From NCBI RefSeq assembly GCF_006345805.1, contig NC_043002.1:31744001-31808000 (forward strand): a stretch of DNA of 64,000 nucleotides, in the 5' to 3' direction. The stretch is from Octopus sinensis (taxonomy: Eukaryota). Below the pieces are notes generated by a model. It saw nothing but the letters and a program-made list of their open reading frames with translations. It ran no database searches and was not told where the DNA came from. Below are positions 55,932 to 64,000 of this stretch, in pieces. Position 1 is the first letter of the stretch, and every line of letters starts with the position of its first letter. The translations under genes were made by a program, and so were the position numbers.

Positions 55932-56292
55932 AGTAGTAGTAGTAGTAGTGGGCAATGAAGTACGTGACTGACTTGAGTGTATAGGTTTGTGTCCAATTGC
56001 TATTTTGCTAGTGGGTGTCATTCATAACGGATATATTAAAAGAGAGAAAGAGAGAGTGAGAGAGAGGCAAAGACAGAGAGAATTCGAGAAGAGACTTGTG
56101 TTCTTTGTCTTAATATACAAAAATAAGGAATCATATCAAGATATATATTTATATATATAATACAAATGTATATAAATGTACAAATATATATATATAAGCA
56201 ACGTGCCCTCTCTCTCTCTCTCTCTCTCACACACACATATATAAGGATATACATATATATGCATATGCATATATATATATATATACATATAT

Positions 56293-56334
<42 letters not shown>

Positions 56335-57061
56335 GTATATATATATATATATTTTCTCTAGTTTCAGCTCAGAGCTGCGGCCATGCTGATGAACGGCCGT
56401 TTATATATATATATATTTATGTATATTTATATAAGTATACACACACATATACACATATATTGAGAAAAGTGGGGAAAACATACATGGAATAAGAAATGCG
56501 ATGATCACAAAATATCAAGTATGTGTGTTTTTGTATGTTTGTGTGCGTGTGTGTGTATGTGAGGTTGTGTGCGTGTGTGCGTGTGGGTGCGTGTGTGCGC
56601 GCGTGTGTGTGTGTGTGTGTGTGTCATAGATAGAAGGCAAATATCAAATAAAAATATTTGATATTTTTTGTTACTTTAGCCAGTTCAAAAGCTCTAAGAT
56701 TTGTCTTTCAAGTCCACTGATAAAGGAAAGGCCTTCACGGGGTTCCGGTCAGACCGCGTGTTTTCGTTTTTGTATTTCACTAAATGTTTTCTCTGTACAA
56801 AAGAGCTCTGAAGTGAGTCCCGCTAACAATTGTGGAGTGCCGCCATTGTTTCAACGTCAGAAGTCAGGGCAATAGCCACTGGCTTTATTTGTTTAATCAT
56901 ATGACTTGCATATAGTAGTTAGAACTTAAAAATACATGTTAAAACATTATTCCTGTCTCCCCTTCTTGATCTCAGTTTCTTATTTATTCCCACAAACTTA
57001 CTCATACACGCGTTCTCTCTATCTGTCTTTTCTCAAAACACACACAGACACACGCACGCAC

Positions 57062-57102
<41 letters not shown>

Positions 57103-57343
57103 TCTCTTCCACCTCTCGTTCTATCGGTCTCTCTCTCTCTCTCTACCTATCTATCTCTCTCACACACAAGGACATATACACAGTCAATTGTCTTCCTTTT
57201 GTCGATATATATTTTATATATATACCTGTCAATACATCTGTGCAATCAGTACTTCTCTCTTATGCTACCACTGCCATAGATGTATGTATACATACATTTA
57301 CGTATGTAAGTATATATATATATATATATATGATACACACACA

Positions 57344-57395
<52 letters not shown>

Positions 57396-57668
57396 ATTAT
57401 TAATTAAACTCTTAGTGTAGCAAAAATATTCATCGAAAAATTCTTAGTTACCAGTGCTCTCGTGAGAAAGAAAAAATTAGTCAATAGACTATATATTATT
57501 CAGAGAAGAATACAGTGTACGTTCAAACACAAAAGAGATACCCGAAGAATAGGATATCTGACTCGCTAGAAAGAGCAGTTAAAACTCCAACCCACCAATT
57601 GTAATTCCGAAAGTGATTGAAAAAGTATTAAGGTAAAAGTTTATATATATATATATCTATATATATAT

Positions 57669-57918
57669 ACAATTGCAGCGTGGAAGCTGTTTGTAAGCCA
57701 TTTAAGAAACACATGCAGCACGGATTTTTGTCAGTGAACAGGTCACGGATTTTAGAGACGAAAATATTTTGACAAATTAAACTTATATGTTGAAGTAAAT
57801 CGAACGGCTTTTGTGTGTTTCTTAAATGGCTTACAAACACCTTCCATGCTGCAATTGTTTTCGTTCCAGCACACGATCTCAGATCAAATCACTTGCTATG
57901 CGAGTACATCTCCGTAAT
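57669..57918. mobile_element. Fold-back element in (TA)n
   Basis: Inverted arms ~57669-57713 and ~57814-57857, one-sided tail to 57918. Confidence 0.7.
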
Positions 57919-58545
57919 ATATATATATATATATATATATAGTTAATCCAAACGTGTATATAATATATACTCGTGTGTGTGCGTGTATATATCATGTATG
58001 TATGCATACAGTCCAATGATGATTCAGCCGGCCAAAATGTCGAAGTCACTGACAATAAGAAAAATATGTATTTGCTCTACAATGGTATAAATTAATCCTA
58101 CAGTTCAATGTAAAGTTATTTTTACTTTAACTGAACATAAATTCGCACGTTAATAGATGAGTGTGTGTGTATGTGTGTGTTCGTGTGTGTGTGCGCGTGT
58201 CTGTATGCGTGTGTGTGTGTGTGTGTGTGTGTGTGCAGGCACGTGGGAGAGAGGGGGAACAGTTGTATGTGTGTGATTGTATGTCGTACGTTAATCTCTT
58301 CTGGTGTAGTGCACGGACACCACCTGCCCTTACTCCGTCAATCTAATACTCACATTCACTTTTCCCCTTATTCATCCTCGCTCTTCTTTGCACCTGTTTC
58401 AATGAGTCACGCACACGGCAGGCCCAGATTATGTTGCTTACCTTGAGTAAGACTTCATTGCCTTAAATGTCTCCGCATATATGTGTTTTGCGTGCGTGTG
58501 TGCCTGTATGCATATATATATGTAGATGTATATATATATATATAT

Positions 58546-58660
<115 letters not shown>

Positions 58661-58669
58661 ATAATATAT

Positions 58670-58980
58670 ATTTCGACCGAGCTCCGTTCCGACGGACAGG
58701 TCGTAAGTCTAAATTGTCGTATGTCTGATTTATATTTCTCAAGAGTATTTTTATTCAAATGCAACTGATGCTCGAAAGCGCCTGAGTGAGAGACAGTGGC
58801 ACAGTGGGTGCCTGGGTCTGAGGGAGGCCTGCGTTGCCAGATGCTGCCATAGTTATCGTACGGTAGGCTGCCCAGCGACCATAAATCGATTTTTCAATTT
58901 ATTCTTTTATTTATCCATTTCTTGTAGTCGTAAGTGCGGATGGTCATAAGTAGCTTAGTCGTAAGTCAAGGAAAAGGTTC
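58670..58980. mobile_element. Tigger/pogo-like MITE remnant
   Basis: Repeated gtcgtaagt subterminal motifs; end gtcgtaagtcaagga. Confidence 0.5.
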
Positions 58981-58987
58981 ATATATA

Positions 58988-59519
<532 letters not shown>

Positions 59520-59559
59520 TATATATATATATACATATATATTTGCCATGACAGATCGG

Positions 59560-59735
59560 TGGCCATTATACATTCTTTATTTTCTTTCCTTGTTTCTTTG
59601 TGTTCTTATCTGTGGAAGAGCGTAGGTTCGAAACGTTAAAGACTTTTTCACTTCCCGGACGTTAAACCAATACATCTGTTTCTTGTCAAAACCACCTCTC
59701 TTCGGCTTTTGTTGTTGTTTTCTTTTTGTAAATTA
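59560..59735 (+). mobile_element. Solo PLE terminus (7280-7535 family)
   Basis: ctgtggaagagcgtaggttcgaaacgttaaagactttt. Confidence 0.6.
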
Positions 59736-59760
59736 TATTTATATATATATATATATATAA

Positions 59761-59970
59761 AGTTAATCCAAACAAGAAAGCACAAAAAAAACACAACAAC
59801 GCGAGGACGTGGAATAAATATAGTATTATTGGACGCTCAGGAAAGAAGGAAAGAAGGAGGGTTTAAAGTTTCGAGCGGAGCTCTTCCTCGAAAACATAGG
59901 AGAAGGAAAGATCCAGAGAAGGGAAGACAGAGGAAAAAAATCGCCAACGGTACACACGTGGTCACATTTT
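59761..59970 (-). mobile_element. Solo PLE terminus in (TA)n (44093-44300 family)
   Basis: Near-identical to 44093-44300, with nearly the same two ends. Confidence 0.85.
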
Positions 59971-60030
59971 GAATATATATATATATATATATAATTATAT
60001 ATGTGTGTGTGTGTGTGTGTGTGTATGTAT

Positions 60031-60265
60031 ATATACTTTATTTAAAAGCAGCAAAAATATAACGAAATCTGTTATTCAGAGTTTCACGTTCCCGTTCGCG
60101 GAGTTTTTTTCTTTTTTAACAAAATTGTCCGACGGACGGGAGCGTGAAACTCTGGGTAACATCTTTTGTTACATTTCTGCTGCTTTTAAATAAAGCATAT
60201 ATACTCTACATTGGTATTTTTGTACTCTTTTTTCCACTTTGTTCACATTTATGTGCTTACTCTGT
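60031..60265. mobile_element. Fold-back PLE terminus centred on a stem-II-like hairpin
   Basis: ctttatttaaaagcagca..cagagtttcacgttcccgttcg / cggacgggagcgtgaaactctg..tgctgcttttaaataaag. Confidence 0.75.
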
Positions 60266-60269
60266 ATAT

Positions 60270-60338
<69 letters not shown>

Positions 60339-60341
60339 CAC

Positions 60342-60451
60342 ACACCATATTTACTGGATTATAAATCACACCCGCATATAAGTCACACCCAGATTTTCTT
60401 TCTGTTAAAATCTGGTATAACGTGTTGTGACTTAGCACGAGTATATACGGT
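60342..60451. mobile_element. Short pogo/Tc2-like MITE
   Basis: accatatttactggattataa / gcacgagtatatacggta termini; internal tataa.tcacacc repeats. Confidence 0.55.
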
Positions 60452-60910
60452 ATATTACCTTTATAAAGATTGATTGATTAAAACGATGAAACCGATTCTT
60501 CGAAGCCATTGTTACCCTTTTATCTGCAAAAGTAAAATACATGTGATATTCAATCTGAAGTGATTCTTCCTATAAATGTTCATTTTCTGACATATATCGG
60601 AATGATTTCAAAAATAACAAGCATTAATATACGAGTTTGTTTTGTGTGTATGTATGTGAGTAATGTGTGTGACAGTGCATATGCATATGTGAATTTATAG
60701 TACAGATGTGTATATACATACATCTACATACAGAGGTGCATGTGCGTGCGCGCGTGTGTATGAGAAGGTTGAGTGTCTGTGCTTGTATTTGTGTATACAT
60801 TTATGCAGTTACTCATATTTTATACGTATATACTTATATATGTATATATATTTATATATATGCATATATATATGTATATATGTGTATATAGGTATACATG
60901 TATATATATG

Positions 60911-60978
<68 letters not shown>

Positions 60979-61125
60979 ATATATATATATTATATATGTA
61001 TACGTATATACCGTACATATACGTATATATATATATGTGTGTGTATGTGTTTCTGTTTTCATCTACATGTATATATTTATACAATCACTCAATCACTGAG
61101 CCATGCATCTTCCCACACGAACACA

Positions 61126-61159
<34 letters not shown>

Positions 61160-61926
61160 TGTGTGTGTGTTTGCGCGCGCGTGAAGGTCAGTCCTACACA
61201 TTGACTAATTCGTAAAGCTTTCTGATAAAATTTCTGTTCGTCATCTTTTCTCTCTAAACCTAATATCTTCCTCTCTTACACTCTACCCACACAATACCCA
61301 GCATTTCTTTCATTATTTTTCTCCCTTTCAACTTATTAGCGTAACCCCATGCACACATGTAATACCTCTATTTATCTTCACTTCCGCCATACTTTTCCCG
61401 TCTATCGCTTCGGCTCCACAGCAATATTATACTGTTTCATTTTTCAATGCCGTGTCTTTGATGTGGACAACAGGAGATCTGATCCCACTCGAAAATTCAT
61501 GATATTTCACGTCAAACTGAATTAATATGAAAGAAAATCTATGCAATCCGATGACAGAGACTCTACGAGGTCACTCGTTCTACGAAAAGTAACAACAAAA
61601 CTTCTATCAAATGATGATTTCTATCATCTCTAATAGAATGATATATTAGATAGTTTTATGTGAGGTAACCTGTGTCTGAAGACTTAAGATGGTTATGTCT
61701 GGATTTCTTGCCATAATAGGCATGTTCGATTAGAGATCAACTGAGTCTAAAAATATATGAAAAACTGAGGATAAAATACCTATCTCTCTATCTATCTATT
61801 TTGTCTAAGGAAAAAGCAAGTATAAATAATATGGACATTTCTATTACTAACAGTTCCTCGTTTCCGATCACCAGTTGGTAAACCGAGCCTACTTTTTAAA
61901 TATGAAAGGAAAGTTTGAATAAAACA

Positions 61927-62021
<95 letters not shown>

Positions 62022-62048
62022 TATTATTATTATTATTATTATTATTAA

Positions 62049-62261
62049 GGCGGCGAGTTGGCAGAATCGTTAGCATACTGGACGAAATTCTTAGCGGCAT
62101 TTCGCCTGTCGCTACGTTATAAGTTCAAATTCCGCCGATGTCGACTTTACCTTTCATCATTTCGGGTTCGATAAATTGAGTACCAGTTGAGTAGTGAGGA
62201 CAATGTTATTGACTATCCCCCTCCCCTAAATTTCAGGCATGGAGCCTATAATAGAAAGGAC
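62049..62261 (+). mobile_element. SINE family B copy
   Basis: ggcggcgagttggcagaatcgttagc; gttcaaattcc; cctttcatcatttcgggttcgataaattgagtaccag. Confidence 0.9.
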
Positions 62262-62287
62262 TTGATGTGGACAACAGGAGATCTGAT

Positions 62288-62392
62288 AGCAAAGGCGGAG
62301 GTATTGTGTTCAGTCGTGTTCGTTTGTTTGTTTATCCGAGGACAAGATATCTCAAGAACCGCTGGACGGATTAGGATGAAACTTTCAAGGAT
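62288..62392 (+). mobile_element. Helentron-associated (DINE-1/HINE-like) 5' fragment
   Basis: aaggcggaggtattgtgttc..(gttt)n..caagatatctcaagaaccgctggacggatt..gatgaaact. Confidence 0.6.
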
Positions 62393-63360
62393 GCATCCCA
62401 CAGGATTTTGGAATTCTCATTTTTGGTATCTCCTTCTGGAGTTTTCGCATTCCACGTCTTTGCTCCTTGTAGGATGTGATTTCCATAAAGCTCCTTATGA
62501 CCCATTCTTGTCACAATGTCATGGCGTCTTTTGTATTCGCGTTGTGCCAATTTCGCGCATTCACTAACGATGTGCCATACTATTTCATCCCTCTCATCAC
62601 ACATTCTGCATTTGTCACTATCGGTAGTGTTGTCTATTCTGCCCTTCATACAGTTGGTCCTTACCGTTTGTTCCTGAGTTGTGCATATGAGTGCTTCTGT
62701 CTCTGTCTTCAGGTCCCTATTCCTCATCCATAGCCACCGGTCCTTCGTATGTGTCCTGGCGTTCACATCTCTTGCAAATTGACCGTACATTTTCTTTTCC
62801 ATCCATGCTTTTTTTTTTCATTTCTTATTAAAATTTTTCTTTCGTTGCACAATTTTTAATTTTGATGACACCGGCTTTCATCATATGTTTCAACAGTGGC
62901 TCTACGATATGTTTTATATACCACACTAAGCTGTTTTCCATTGCTTCGATACAGTCCTGGCAACTGACCAAACCTCTCCAACTCTATCTTCTAGACAGGT
63001 ATAGCCTATCGGTGTTTTTCTTAGGGTGGAAGAATCCGTGTACTGTCAACATTTTTTTCTGGTCTTGGTACCCATTTTCTTCATTTCTCTCTTTTGCCGT
63101 TTTATATTTCCAGCTCCATACCGAAGTGATGCCCATGTATTAACTGCTTGAATTTTATTCCATCCAATCAATTTTCAGCGCAACACCAACCTCAGTCTTC
63201 AGACATACTCCATCCTCAGTTGCTCTTTCATTTCTTTTTCCATTATCTCGTTGAAATCTTGTACACCAAGGTATTTGTATCTTTCCGTTTCAGTTTGTAA
63301 TTTAAAATGCCTCACTTGCGCTAAATATGTGAGTTCGCCTGCAAATATCCTTGATAATTT
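62393..63360 (-). mobile_element. R4/Dong-clade LINE fragment (thumb and CCHC finger)
   Basis: YKYLGV; MYGQF; ETEALICTTQEQ; CRMCDERDEIVWHIVSEC..LAQREYKRRHD; KILWD. Confidence 0.9.
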
Positions 63361-63489
63361 TATATATCTGCGCTTGAAGTGATATACCATTATTCTCTGA
63401 CTGTCAGAATTCACTGTTCAAGTATTAAGAAACTAGAATGGAACGACTGACTGGAAGATTTTTTCGAGCTCTCGGTTCATAGATTCTTT

Positions 63490-63742
63490 ACAGAATCGGC
63501 AAAGATATAGAAATTACATGTGGGTGAACCTTGGGTGAATATTTAAGAAGGGTTTTAACATCTGTATAGTACTGGATGATGTTACAGGTATTGTGATTTG
63601 ATACGACACCACCAATCCAAGTAATAAGAGATGAATGGAAACCACGGATTTTGTATATTATATAGACAAACGAGATATCGTTAAATACCAAACGAGTTTC
63701 TTCTATTGCCATTATTTCTCCATGTAAAAATGAGATAGTCAT
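63490..63742 (-). mobile_element. Possible AP-endonuclease N-terminal fragment of a LINE
   Basis: EIMAIEETRL...GF.S...GGV resembles APE motifs. Confidence 0.3.
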
Positions 63743-64000
63743 ACTGATGATATTGGATGTGATATTTTATAAATTTTGTGTACGAATCTACTGCCTATGC
63801 ATTCGATATCGTACTGAAACGCAACACTAACTTCCGTGTCACTGAATTTCATCTGGCAGGTGTAAATATATACCGAATCATCTCGTCTTTTTATTCACGG
63901 TTTGATTCCCTAAACACTAGCATAACTGTGCAACCTTTTATAGGTCGGTACGCAGTGATTTTAAGGAATTTCAACTCCCAATTCTATCAGAATTTCAACT

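Noticed and set aside
60031-60200. A-to-I editing signature in arm mismatches
   Set aside because: The transitions are not confined to A-to-G on one strand, which fits ordinary decay.

Overview
Eukaryotic, AT-rich, microsatellite-saturated non-coding DNA; the SINE families and repeat texture suggest an octopod cephalopod genome (inference). No host gene could be supported, and most ORFs in the track are (TA)n/(CA)n or trinucleotide artefacts. The window holds at least four tRNA-derived SINE families, decayed mariners and MITEs, fragments of CR1, RTE and R4/Dong LINEs, and many Penelope-like element (PLE) pieces. Two things stand out. (1) A TSD-flanked ~2.05-kb retroelement at 50408-52461 encodes only an L1/Tx1-type ORF1 (CCHC knuckle) with no RT or endonuclease, and splits the tRNA-like head of a SINE. 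(2) PLE termini sit in (TA)n tracts and carry type I hammerhead ribozymes with family-specific palindromic stem III and often a very long stem II; many are fold-back inverted duplications, some centred on the hammerhead stem II. One intact hammerhead is present on both strands of a ~300-bp-arm palindrome (33332-33966). All calls are by eye; no searches were run.
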